From a virus: 43,883 bases of DNA. Position numbers and translations under genes: made by a program. Positions 29,061-37,639 of the stretch are shown here, piece by piece. The notes beneath the pieces are model-generated. The model ran no database searches and was not told where the DNA came from. It saw nothing but the letters and a program-made list of their open reading frames with translations. The stretch spans positions 1 through 43,883 of IMG/VR virus record IMGVR_UViG_3300014348_000129; one strand, given 5' to 3'. How positions within the stretch are numbered: the stretch's first letter is position 1; every line of letters starts with the position of its first letter.

Positions 29061-30643
29061 GCATCCTCCCTGTCGTCTTCCGGGTCGGCTTCATGCGGCG
29101 AGGGGGACCCGCCCGACGGGCCTGCGGACGGCGGCGCATCGTCGATGCCGGCGGCCCTCCGGGCGATGTTCTCGCGCTCGATCGTCTCGGTCTTGTCCTC
29201 GAAGTCGCCGCCGGTGCGCTCGGTCATCACCTGCTGGCTCGTCTTGAAGCCGTTGCGCCGATCGATCTCGTCGGCCTCGGCGTCCTTCTTCGGGTCGAGC
29301 GAGATGCGCACCGGGCCGGTCCATTCGGCGTTCAGCCATGCGGCGCGCCGCAGCGGATCGTCGAAGAAGCCCGGCGCGTCGAGGCGGCCGAGAAGAATCG
29401 CCTCTTCCATGAACCACTCGTAGGCGACCGCGCAGAGGTTGCGCGAAAGCCAGGTCCGGCGGCGGCGGAAGCTGTGATAGGCCATCTCGAGCGCCGCCCG
29501 GCTCGCCGAGTACGACGCCGTGAAGTGCTTGATCAGCAGTTCGAACGGCAGTTCCAGCGCGACGCCGACCTGGCGCAGGAAGGCGGTGACGAAGGCATCG
29601 AACTGCGGATTCGGGCGACCGGGGTTTGCGGTCTCGATGCTCTCGCCGGCCGCCAGGTCGATCACCGCGCCGGACCCGAGTTCGATCTCGTCTTTCCCCG
29701 ACGAGGTGTCCGACGTCGGCAGCGGGCTGCTGTCCGCATCGGCCGAGTTCTTGACGAAGACGGTGAACATCGCCGAGACGACGGCGGCCCGCACTTCGGC
29801 GTCAGTGTAGTCGCCGAGCGATTTGAAAGCCTCGATGACCGGCGCGAACCACGGGATGCCGCGCGTCTGGCCAGGCCGCAGCCGGTCGAAGAGGTGCAAG
29901 ACGATCCGGCGCCCGTCATTGTACCGAACCGGCACGCGCCGCCAGGTAACGGCCTTGGCGCGGAGGTCTCCCGGATGCCGGTCGGCGACATGGATGGCCA
30001 CCGGCCAGCCGCCGGCGGCGTGCTCGATGCCTGCGACGAGCGTGTCGGTGTCCGCGATCCTGTTCGGGTTGCTCACCCGGTCGCCTTCGACCACCTGGAT
30101 CTTCGTTCCGTAGACGTCGCCGGGATCGCGCCGATAGCGCCGGATGCCGAACACGTCGCCGGATTCGAGCGCGCTGCCGAACATCAGCGCCTGCATCTCG
30201 GCGAAGCACTGGACGCGGGTGAAGTCAGCCGTCTGCGCCCACAGCGCGAACTCCCACTCGGCCTGCCGGTTGAAGCGGTCCGCCTGCGCCTTGCTCAGGC
30301 CGAGGATCTTGCGGCCGCATTGCGCCGACAGCACCAGGCCGTCGCCGACGACGTGCGTACGCATGGTGGCGACGGCGCCGGTCGCGATCGGCAGGTTGCG
30401 GGCGAGATCGCGCGACCTGGCCCGGAGATCGTCGAATTCCGGCAACAGGTCGGCGTCCGCAGAATTGCCGCCCGGCATCCAGTTGCGTGTGGCCCGGCGG
30501 TCACGCTTGCCGCCCTTGTAGCCGCCCGGCGTCGTCAGCGACGACAACATGGTGCGGTCGCGCAGGCGCGCCAGCCCGACGCTGGGACTGAGATAGCCGA
30601 CGACGCGGTCGAGCAGGGTCGGCGATGCCACGCGAAGCTTCAT
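29057..30643 (-). CDS. Portal protein, lambda gpB family
   Basis: 528 aa. N-terminal YKGGKRDRRATRNWMPGGNSADADLL... and its position between gpW and the protease. Confidence 0.88.
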   Translation of the reverse strand: MKLRVASPTLLDRVVGYLSPSVGLARLRDRTMLSSLTTPGGYKGGKRDRRATRNWMPGGNSADADLLPEFDDLRARSRDLARNLPIATGAVATMRTHVVGDGLVLSAQCGRKILGLSKAQADRFNRQAEWEFALWAQTADFTRVQCFAEMQALMFGSALESGDVFGIRRYRRDPGDVYGTKIQVVEGDRVSNPNRIADTDTLVAGIEHAAGGWPVAIHVADRHPGDLRAKAVTWRRVPVRYNDGRRIVLHLFDRLRPGQTRGIPWFAPVIEAFKSLGDYTDAEVRAAVVSAMFTVFVKNSADADSSPLPTSDTSSGKDEIELGSGAVIDLAAGESIETANPGRPNPQFDAFVTAFLRQVGVALELPFELLIKHFTASYSASRAALEMAYHSFRRRRTWLSRNLCAVAYEWFMEEAILLGRLDAPGFFDDPLRRAAWLNAEWTGPVRISLDPKKDAEADEIDRRNGFKTSQQVMTERTGGDFEDKTETIERENIARRAAGIDDAPPSAGPSGGSPSPHEADPEDDREDA

Positions 30644-30646
30644 CGG

Positions 30647-30871
30647 TCATTCACCCACGATGTAGCGGACGCGGCCGCGGCCCGAGGCCGAGCGGGAGAG
30701 CTTCGTCACCCAGTTCTGCCAGTAGTCGATCTGCTTCTGTACGTCGCCGAGGTCGGCAAAGGTCAGCGACCGGCCGTTGATGGCGTACGACTGTTTCGCC
30801 GCGATCTTCTCGGAAGCGGCGAGCCAGACGGCGAGCTGCGCCTCGGCTTGCGCCAGCGTGATCCCTGACAT
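30647..30871 (-). CDS. Head-tail joining protein gpW-like
   Basis: 74 aa from ATG 30871: MSGITLAQAEAQLAVWLAASEKIAAKQSYAINGRSLTFADLGDVQKQIDYW. Lies between the terminase and the portal, as in lambda. Confidence 0.7.
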   Translation of the reverse strand: MSGITLAQAEAQLAVWLAASEKIAAKQSYAINGRSLTFADLGDVQKQIDYWQNWVTKLSRSASGRGRVRYIVGE

Positions 30872-30873
30872 GG

Positions 30874-32994
30874 TCAGACTCCCCTCGACCGGACGCGCCG
30901 GCCGCGCGGCCGCGCCGGGACGGCCGGTTCGGTGCGCGGCGTCGTCTCGGCGACCGGTGCCACGATGCGAACGGCGTAGCTGTTCTCTGTGACGCCGGCC
31001 GCCCACGACGGAGCCCGGTCCCAATCGAGTTTTTCGGCCTTCAGCACGATCGCCAGTGCCTTCGCGTAGACGGCGAGGTCGAGCGCCTCGTTGCGCAGCC
31101 CCGACTTCCGCGGCTCCCAGCCGGTCTCGGTGCGAACCTCGGCGCAGAATTCGGCGAACACGGCGTCCGGCAGCGCGTCGGGCAGATGGTAGGCCCCCGG
31201 TCCCGGCTCCTTGCGGGTCAGCGACAGCGCCACCTCGTCCTTCAGCGGATCCGTGCCGACCTGGACGAGGCGAATGTCGCTCGTCCGCTTGGTCACGGTT
31301 CCCAGGACCTTTTCCGGCGTCGCGTAGATCGCGCGCTGGCGGTTGATGCCGCCCTGCCCCTTCGCCAGGTAGATGCGATGGCCGAGGCCGGCCTTGCGCA
31401 TCGCCCGGAGAAACCGATAGGCGTTCGCAGTCGTGCCGGCAGCGCCGCCGGAATCGACGATCATCGCCCGAGGCAGCAGCGAATACCCTGTGCCCGCCAC
31501 CGGATACGGCCGATCGAGGAGCGGCCGCAGCGCCGACCAGTCCTCCGTGTACCGCGGCGGGTCGATCGCGCGCCGCGGCTTGCCCGAGGGGTCGACCGAC
31601 GCACCCGGCGCATCGTCCGGCGGCGTCGACACGTCGAAGCGATCGATCAGCCAATGCTCGAGGTCGCGGGCCCAGGCCTCGACCGATACGACGAAACGGT
31701 TCGGCTGAACGTCGACCTGGATCGTGACGAAGCGCGTTCCCTCCGGTGCGACGCCGAGCGAGCGGCGTTCCGCCAGCGCCTTCAGCGTATCGAGGCTGAG
31801 ACCCTCGCCCACCTGGCGCACGCTCGGCAGGTGGGGACGCCCCTGGTCGAGCGTGATCGTCGCCTTCAGCGCCGTCTCGTCGCCGCGCTCGTCGAATTGC
31901 GCCTTGCCCTGTAGGTAGCGAAGGACGAGCTGCTCCCAGCTCTGCATCGCCGCAATAGGCCCCTCGCACCAGTAGGAGACGATGTCGGTGTCGCGGATGT
32001 CGGGGTCGTCGATTTCCACCAGGCGGGCGCCGTCACTGGTCTCGTGCAGCCAGATGCCGCCGGCATTCAGCTCATGCTTGCGGTCGGGACCGATGACACA
32101 GCCGTGCGGGCACGCCATGAACACCGTCCGCGCCGATTCGCCGGCTGTCGCCTTGTTCTCCCAGTGCAGCGTTTCGAACCGCGGGCGGAACGGCGTCCGG
32201 CAGGACGGGCACTCCCAGTAGAGCTGGCCGCGTGTGCCGAGATTGTACTCGGAGAGCACGCCAGCGCAGGGCGGTGCTTCGTGCGGCGTCGCCGGCTCCC
32301 AGTCGTCACGCTCGATCGGCCGCCCAGGCGACGATTCCGACACGACCATGCCGAGCGAGCCGGCGTGCTGGACGCGCTTCCTCGCCAGCATGAACGGATC
32401 GCCCTCTCCGTCGACGTCGTCCGGCATGCGGTCGCGATCTGTGAGCAGGACGGTAAAGAACTCGTTCTGGCTGAAGTAGCCGATCACCGGCCAGCGGATC
32501 TGCAGGTTCATCCCGCCGAGGAACTTCTTCTCGTGGATGTTGTCGGCGCCGCGGCCGGTCATCTGCTTTCCGGCCAGCTTCGGGTTGGCCCGCAGCATCG
32601 GCCCGAGCTTCCGCTCCGAGAACTGCTTCGCCGAATCCTGCGTCTGGCAGACCACCATCGTGTCGCGCGGCTTGCAGTCGATCGCGTGCCCGACCGTGTT
32701 GAGGATCAGGCTTTCGGACTTGACCGTCCGCGCCGGGCCGACGAACACCACCGCGCCGTAGCGGCGAGACGTCACCATCCTGGACGGTTCGGTCATGTAC
32801 GGCGCGAATTCGTTGCGCCAAGGACCCTGGTAGGTCGGCAGCGACAGCAGCCGCGCCGAAGCCGCCCACTCGGGAACGTCGATGCGGCGCTGCGGCCGGA
32901 GCGTCGGCAGCGCCTCGCGCAGCACCGCCTCGGCCGCGGCAAAGGGCGGCGGCGTCATCGCCGGCAGGTAGCGAAGCCAATCCGGCTCACGCAT
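30874..32994 (-). CDS. Terminase large subunit, lambda GpA family
   Basis: 706 aa. Size, N-terminal P-loop-like VFVGPARTVKSE and CxxC (CPSCRTPF) as in GpA-type terminases. Overlaps the small-subunit gene by 8 nt. Confidence 0.9.
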   Translation of the reverse strand: MREPDWLRYLPAMTPPPFAAAEAVLREALPTLRPQRRIDVPEWAASARLLSLPTYQGPWRNEFAPYMTEPSRMVTSRRYGAVVFVGPARTVKSESLILNTVGHAIDCKPRDTMVVCQTQDSAKQFSERKLGPMLRANPKLAGKQMTGRGADNIHEKKFLGGMNLQIRWPVIGYFSQNEFFTVLLTDRDRMPDDVDGEGDPFMLARKRVQHAGSLGMVVSESSPGRPIERDDWEPATPHEAPPCAGVLSEYNLGTRGQLYWECPSCRTPFRPRFETLHWENKATAGESARTVFMACPHGCVIGPDRKHELNAGGIWLHETSDGARLVEIDDPDIRDTDIVSYWCEGPIAAMQSWEQLVLRYLQGKAQFDERGDETALKATITLDQGRPHLPSVRQVGEGLSLDTLKALAERRSLGVAPEGTRFVTIQVDVQPNRFVVSVEAWARDLEHWLIDRFDVSTPPDDAPGASVDPSGKPRRAIDPPRYTEDWSALRPLLDRPYPVAGTGYSLLPRAMIVDSGGAAGTTANAYRFLRAMRKAGLGHRIYLAKGQGGINRQRAIYATPEKVLGTVTKRTSDIRLVQVGTDPLKDEVALSLTRKEPGPGAYHLPDALPDAVFAEFCAEVRTETGWEPRKSGLRNEALDLAVYAKALAIVLKAEKLDWDRAPSWAAGVTENSYAVRIVAPVAETTPRTEPAVPARPRGRRVRSRGV

Positions 32995-33634
32995 CGAACA
33001 GGTCCCGCTTCTCCGGCGCGCTGCTTTCCGCGCGCACTTCCCAGAAGTGCTCGATCCGCCGCCTGTACTCGTCGATGATGCCGTCGCAGATCTCGATCAG
33101 CGCCTGGACTGCCTTCGGCGGGATCGCCTCGACGCGCTCGACGCGATCTGGCGCCGCCTCCATCGTGTCGCGACACAGCGCGAACAGGTCCTCGAGGAGG
33201 TCGCGCACGTCATCGCGGCGCAGGAGCTGGTTGCGCTGCGCCTTGAACCGCTCGTGCTCGATCTGCGCCGTCAGGATCTCTCGCCGCGACTTCGGATCGA
33301 GCCCCTCGATCGAATCGCCGGCGCTTCCGCCGACCAGCGCCATGCGCATCGCCGCGATCGCTTCCTTGGCCTCGCGGGAGCGCAGTTCCTCGCTCGCCTT
33401 CTGCGCCTGGCGCCACGCATGGCAGTGCGACAGCCGCAGCTCGTACGCCTTGCCGTTGCCGCCGACCTGCTGGACCGGCATTCCCTGGGCGATCCAGGCG
33501 GAGATGGTGTTGATCGAGGTGCCGAGCGCGTCCGCCAGTTCCTCGCGGTTCAGCACCGCGTCCGGAACGCCGTCGGGCAGCCGGTATCGCGCCACGAGAT
33601 CGTCGATCTCTGACTGGGTGAGTTCGTCGGCCAT
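32987..33634 (-). CDS. Terminase small subunit, Nu1-like (HTH)
   Basis: 215 aa; LNREELADALGTSINTISAWIAQGMPV...YELRLSHCHAW resembles the Nu1 winged HTH. Confidence 0.78.
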   Translation of the reverse strand: MADELTQSEIDDLVARYRLPDGVPDAVLNREELADALGTSINTISAWIAQGMPVQQVGGNGKAYELRLSHCHAWRQAQKASEELRSREAKEAIAAMRMALVGGSAGDSIEGLDPKSRREILTAQIEHERFKAQRNQLLRRDDVRDLLEDLFALCRDTMEAAPDRVERVEAIPPKAVQALIEICDGIIDEYRRRIEHFWEVRAESSAPEKRDLFDA

Positions 33635-33801
33635 CGGAATGCTGGGAAACGTCCTTCGCGGCCGCGTCCGGCCAGCGTTTCAGGAGAAGAACAACAACAA
33701 CAAGGCCATCAGCCAGTGCGCTGGAACCCATCGCACCTATTTCGTCCGCGCGCGCGAACGACCCGCGGGGCTCTCGACGGCTGGAAGGACCCGCCGCCCG
33801 G

Positions 33802-34395
33802 TCACCGGGCCGTGGCGATGGCCCTGGCGAGGGCGGCGCCGAACCGCTTCGGGAAGGCGAGCTCTGCCGCCCGCTTCGCCGTCTCGTGGAACTTGAAGAT
33901 CGGCCGGTATGTCGCCCGGTCCTCGTAGGCGACGAGGAGCTTCAGCCCGCCCTTGCGTGTCCGCTGCCAGATGCCGCCCTGTCCGTTCACCGTACCCGAG
34001 AACGTGTCCTTCCGGGCGAGCAGTCGTTGAACCGAACCGCGCGGCAGGTTGCCGTACTGGTTGACCCGCTGCCCCGCAGGCATGACGAGCGCCCGCTTCC
34101 GCGGCGTACGCACCCCGCCATACTCCTCGAGTTCCAGGTAGCGGGCCTGGATATCCTTGATGAACACGCGGGCGACCGGCCTGTTCTTGTAGGCCGGCCG
34201 ATAGCCGACGCCTCGCCTGGTGAAGGGAGTCGGCCGGTCGAAGACGATGTCGATCTGCCGTTCGATCGCTGGCACCACGTCGTGGCGGGCGGTTTCCGTC
34301 AGCGCCAGTGCGGTGGCAAACGGCAGCTGCTGGCGCCTGAAGTCGTCGAGCGACCGCGTCCACGCAGCGATGTTGCTCTCGAACGAGATTTGCAT
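33802..34395 (-). CDS. Hypothetical phage protein (197 aa)
   Basis: Track ORF with an ATG start, upstream of the terminase. No motif recognised. Confidence 0.55.
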   Translation of the reverse strand: MQISFESNIAAWTRSLDDFRRQQLPFATALALTETARHDVVPAIERQIDIVFDRPTPFTRRGVGYRPAYKNRPVARVFIKDIQARYLELEEYGGVRTPRKRALVMPAGQRVNQYGNLPRGSVQRLLARKDTFSGTVNGQGGIWQRTRKGGLKLLVAYEDRATYRPIFKFHETAKRAAELAFPKRFGAALARAIATAR

Positions 34396-34427
34396 CTAAC
34401 CTGCGCCAACATCGATGAGAGACAGAA

Positions 34428-34778
34428 ATGCGGACCGCTCAGTGCATCGCCGCGCTAGTGACTTTGATTGCCACTCAAGCCAACGCCGACGAAGCGTCCG
34501 ATCTCGGCCGGCAGGCCGTCTTTTGCTGGAACATCCCCGCTAAATATGACGAACGCGCCGTCGTCGTGTTCGACGTCACCTTGGACTCGGCCGGTCGCGT
34601 GACCGACATCACCGTTGTCGAGTATAGCCCACCGGGTGATGCCGGTCGTGACGCGGTGATGTCGGCATCGCTAGCGGTCGAACGCTGCGCCCCCTACTCG
34701 GTAGCCGGCGCTGGTACGAGGCGAATGCGGATGGAAATCGAGAACTCGGCGCCGATCGACCCGTTCAAGGGTCGATAG
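34428..34778 (+). CDS. Secreted TolA-domain-III/TonB-C-like periplasmic protein
   Basis: 116 aa. Signal peptide MRTAQCIAALVTLIATQANA/DE. The mature part, AVFCWNIPAKYDERAVVVFDVTLDSAGRVTDITVV...RDAVMSASLAVERCAPY, matches the C.WN.P...V.V.F.L..dG.v / A..Av..C.PY pattern of alphaproteobacterial TolA C-termini. Opposite strand to its neighbours. Confidence 0.6.
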   Translation: MRTAQCIAALVTLIATQANADEASDLGRQAVFCWNIPAKYDERAVVVFDVTLDSAGRVTDITVVEYSPPGDAGRDAVMSASLAVERCAPYSVAGAGTRRMRMEIENSAPIDPFKGR

Positions 34779-34857
34779 CCCTCAAATGCGAAAACCCACC
34801 TCGTTGCCGAAGCGGGTTTCGTATGGGCTTTTTATCCGTGACAAGTGATGCTCCAAA

Positions 34858-35892
34858 TCATGGTCGCATGTCAACAGCCGGCTCCTGGCCACCGGACAAA
34901 CGCCTCAGATTGGCGAACCAGCGCGGAAACCGGGCGCGGAAGGCCTCCTGCCTCACTACCTCGACCTGGTCCTTCAGATGACGCTCGATGACGAGGTCGG
35001 GCAGGATGCGCGCCGCGGCGGGCCGGTCGATCCACGGCGCCGTCGGCACGGCGCTGGGCAGAAGATCGACCGTTTCCAGCTTCCCGGCGAGGTCGGCGCG
35101 CACCATCTCCAGCGCCGACAGCCAAATCTCGTGCTCGGCGCGCGCGATGATCGTCGGCACCGGATCGGGATCGAGAAAGGTCTTGCGATAGGCGCCGGGC
35201 ATCGGCCGGCGCTGGCGCGAGTTCCATCCGTTCTGCTCGACCGTCCTCGCCTCCGTGCGGTCGCTGCCGTCTGGCCACGCGCCGACGACGACATCGACGG
35301 TCTTTTCGACGAACCACTTCGCCTCACCGTTGCCATGCGCCTCGAAACGCTCGACGACGTCGCCAAGCTCCATCGCATCGAGCCGCGGGCCGAGCACGGC
35401 GGCGCGGATGACCAGATGCGAAGGCCTGACCCGCAGCACCTGCCGACCGCTCTCTATCCTGGTCATGCGCCGCCACGCCTCGCTGACCGCCTTGGAGCCG
35501 AGGCCGCCGAAGCCGTCGAGTTCCGGCGCCGGGCGCCAGTCCTCCGGCATCTCCAGCTCGGCCTCGTCAAGCCCGGAGACGGCCTCGGCGATGGCCATCG
35601 CGTCGGGCGCAGGCCAGCGGTCGGCAGCGAAGTCGGGCACCACGCCGTAGCGGTTGACGCCATAGAGGTCGACCAGCGACAGAAGCTCGGCAAAGCGACC
35701 CGTCCTGTCCCATCCGCCAGCCATCGGCGACGGCCCGTCGGCGCGCGGCACCTTGGGCAGTTCCTCACGGAAGGCCCATGCGATCACCGCCTCGACCGGC
35801 CCAACGCGCTTTCCGGCGCCATTGCGCCGCAGTCCGACCCCGGCTGCGGCCGACATCGTCCCCAAAACCCTGTTTCCTTCCCCGTTTTTCAT
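34858..35892 (-). CDS. Hypothetical protein (344 aa)
   Basis: ATG 35892 within track ORF 34858..35919 (TTG). First gene downstream of the iteron-rich gap. No motif recognised. Confidence 0.55.
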   Translation of the reverse strand: MKNGEGNRVLGTMSAAAGVGLRRNGAGKRVGPVEAVIAWAFREELPKVPRADGPSPMAGGWDRTGRFAELLSLVDLYGVNRYGVVPDFAADRWPAPDAMAIAEAVSGLDEAELEMPEDWRPAPELDGFGGLGSKAVSEAWRRMTRIESGRQVLRVRPSHLVIRAAVLGPRLDAMELGDVVERFEAHGNGEAKWFVEKTVDVVVGAWPDGSDRTEARTVEQNGWNSRQRRPMPGAYRKTFLDPDPVPTIIARAEHEIWLSALEMVRADLAGKLETVDLLPSAVPTAPWIDRPAAARILPDLVIERHLKDQVEVVRQEAFRARFPRWFANLRRLSGGQEPAVDMRP

Positions 35893-35951
35893 TTCCTTCC
35901 CCCATCTTCCGAAAGCCAAGTCATTGAAATATCGAACGAAACAGGAAAGAC

Positions 35952-36178
35952 GGGGGCGATGGGGACGATAGGGAAGGTAATCGACGTATAACGCATATGA
36001 GAAGCCCTCTCATTTTTCCATTTCCCTTCAAGGCACGTCTCATCACGTGACGCGGGAATTACCGTCCCCATCGTCCCCACCGTCCGAAGCCGTTGATTTC
36101 CCGCACCCTTTTTCGGGGACGATCCTGACGCGCCGTGGCGACATCGTCCCCACCGTCCCCGCCGCCGACAGCGTCCGG
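35952..36178. repeat. Iteron array: tandem 9-mers (A/T)(C/T)CGTCCCC in both orientations flanking an AT-richer spacer
   Basis: GGGGGCGAT-GGGGACGAT (35952..35969) and GGGGACGAT (36115..36123). ACCGTCCCC-ATCGTCCCC-ACCGTCCGA (36061..36087). ATCGTCCCC-ACCGTCCCC (36143..36160), plus degenerate copies. Palindrome TCACGTGA at 36043..36050. Confidence 0.7.
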
Positions 36179-36242
36179 TATCGGTGCGCGCGGCATCGTC
36201 CATCGCCGCACAACTCTGTCACAAGGGGAAAAGGGACCGGGC

Positions 36243-36983
36243 TCATGGCGCCGTCGCTAGCTGACAGAGGAAGTCGCAGGTCGGGGCAATCGGATGTAGC
36301 ATCGGCCAATCGAGCGGTATTTCATCTATGAAACACCGCTCGCCGTGGATGCGAGTGAGTCGCGCGCCGATCTCGCGAGAGTAGGCGGCCGTGCGAGCAA
36401 AATTCTCCGGGAAGTGATGGCGATACAGCGCCCAATAGTCCGGGCTGGTCGCCTTCCCGCACCCCGTCTGAAGGCAGTTCGCGTTCGGGAAACCCATCGC
36501 GTAGGACCGCGGTAGCGTCAGTCCTGCCCGCTCGATCAGCGCCAAGCTCGCCGCCTTGGTGATGCCCTGCTCAATCAGAGGCGCCCGAACTTTCAATTCG
36601 AAGTAGTTTTCCTGGAGACGTTCGAAGCGCTCGATGTCCTCCCGATCAGCCGTATAACCGAACACATGCGCGTCGAGCGGCATCTGGAAGGCGAGCCGCG
36701 GCGCAACCTTCATCTCCGTCGTGCACGTCGCGCCGTTGACGCCGGCGATGTACCGGCGCTTCTGCCATACGTCCAAAACGCTCTCATATTTGTCGGACTG
36801 AAGGATTGTGACCGATCGATTCAACCACCTCATCACGTCGGCCTCAAAACGATAGTTGTCCGGATCTTCGTTGTTCGTTTCACATCGGACGATCAGAGCC
36901 TCCGGCTCATCACGAAGCATCATCCGACACATGATCGCGCTCGCGGCGCCAGTCGACCACCAAATCAGAGTGCGGTTGGCCAT
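36243..36983 (-). CDS. PAPS-reductase-like / adenine-nucleotide-alpha-hydrolase superfamily protein with a degenerate PP-loop
   Basis: 246 aa. LIWWSTGAASA sits in place of SGGKDS. CTTEMKVAPRLAF, FGYTADREDIER and APLIEQGITKAASLALIERAGLTLPRSYAMGFPNANCLQTGC follow the PF01507-type order I recall. AT-richer gene. Confidence 0.5.
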   Translation of the reverse strand: MANRTLIWWSTGAASAIMCRMMLRDEPEALIVRCETNNEDPDNYRFEADVMRWLNRSVTILQSDKYESVLDVWQKRRYIAGVNGATCTTEMKVAPRLAFQMPLDAHVFGYTADREDIERFERLQENYFELKVRAPLIEQGITKAASLALIERAGLTLPRSYAMGFPNANCLQTGCGKATSPDYWALYRHHFPENFARTAAYSREIGARLTRIHGERCFIDEIPLDWPMLHPIAPTCDFLCQLATAP

Positions 36984-37639
36984 CCGACCCTCCCATCGTT
37001 GCCCGTCGCGTCAACATGCATGGTCCATTGCGCCGCCATGGCCGCCGCAATGCCGTCAAAGAACCGCGACCGCTCCCTCCACCGATCAGGCGACGGCGGC
37101 ATCCGGAAGACGCGCTGCTCGCGCCCGTCGACGATGTTGGTTGGCACCAACGGCGGCAGGTTCTTCAGCCACAGGCACGTCCGCTTGCTCTCCGGATGGC
37201 CGAACTGCCACGGTTGCACGGATTGCGCCGGGGGCCGGTAGTTTCGGATCAGCGCCTTGGCGTGGCGATGCATGACCGGGTTCTCCACCGCGATCCGTTC
37301 GATCGGCGCATTCAAGAAATCGGAGAACAGCGCGGCGCCTTCATCGAGTTCCCGCCACACATCGTCGCGTTCACGACCCGGCGGCGGCACCGACAGCCAT
37401 CGGACGCCGCTGTTGCACAGCCGCGTGCACGGCGGATGCGCGACGATCAGCAGATCCCATCCGTCGCCGAGAATGTCGCGCGCGTCGCCGACGATATGAT
37501 GGTTGCTGCCGTCATCCGCCGGCAGGAGATCGCAGGACCATGCGTCGTGGCCGAGCGCCGCGAAGGCGCGCCGCACGGTCCCGGAGAACTCGCAGGCGAC
37601 GAGGACGCGCATCGGCGCGGCCGCATGATGATAGGGCAT
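36965..37639 (-). CDS. Minimal DNA (cytosine-5)-methyltransferase-like protein
   Basis: 224 aa. Motif I-like VACEFSGTV, IV-like HPPCTRLCNSG, VI-like ENPVMH, VIII-like QPWQFGHPESKRTCLW, X-like FDGIAAAMAAQW. Almost no target-recognition domain. Confidence 0.6.
   Translation of the reverse strand: MPYHHAAAPMRVLVACEFSGTVRRAFAALGHDAWSCDLLPADDGSNHHIVGDARDILGDGWDLLIVAHPPCTRLCNSGVRWLSVPPPGRERDDVWRELDEGAALFSDFLNAPIERIAVENPVMHRHAKALIRNYRPPAQSVQPWQFGHPESKRTCLWLKNLPPLVPTNIVDGREQRVFRMPPSPDRWRERSRFFDGIAAAMAAQWTMHVDATGNDGRVGWPTAL

Noticed and set aside
33686-33703. The (GAA)2(CAA)4 tract as a phase-variable microsatellite.
   Set aside because: It has too few units, is intergenic, and is not positioned between recognisable -35/-10 elements. 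It is treated instead as part of the candidate cos/control region.
34792-34833. AAACCC...GGGTTT stem followed about 10 nt later by T5, between the TolA-like gene and the convergent gene, considered as a bidirectional terminator.
   Set aside because: The stem is only 6 bp with a 16-nt loop, and the T run is not adjacent to it. Too weak to annotate.
35889-36331. ORFs 35889..36203 (-), 36043..36309 (-) and 36047..36331 (+) in the iteron gap.
   Set aside because: The reading frames are carried by the 9-mer repeats (PSSPPS and GDDGDG strings). They lack an RBS and cross the AT-richer spacer. The region is better explained as non-coding.
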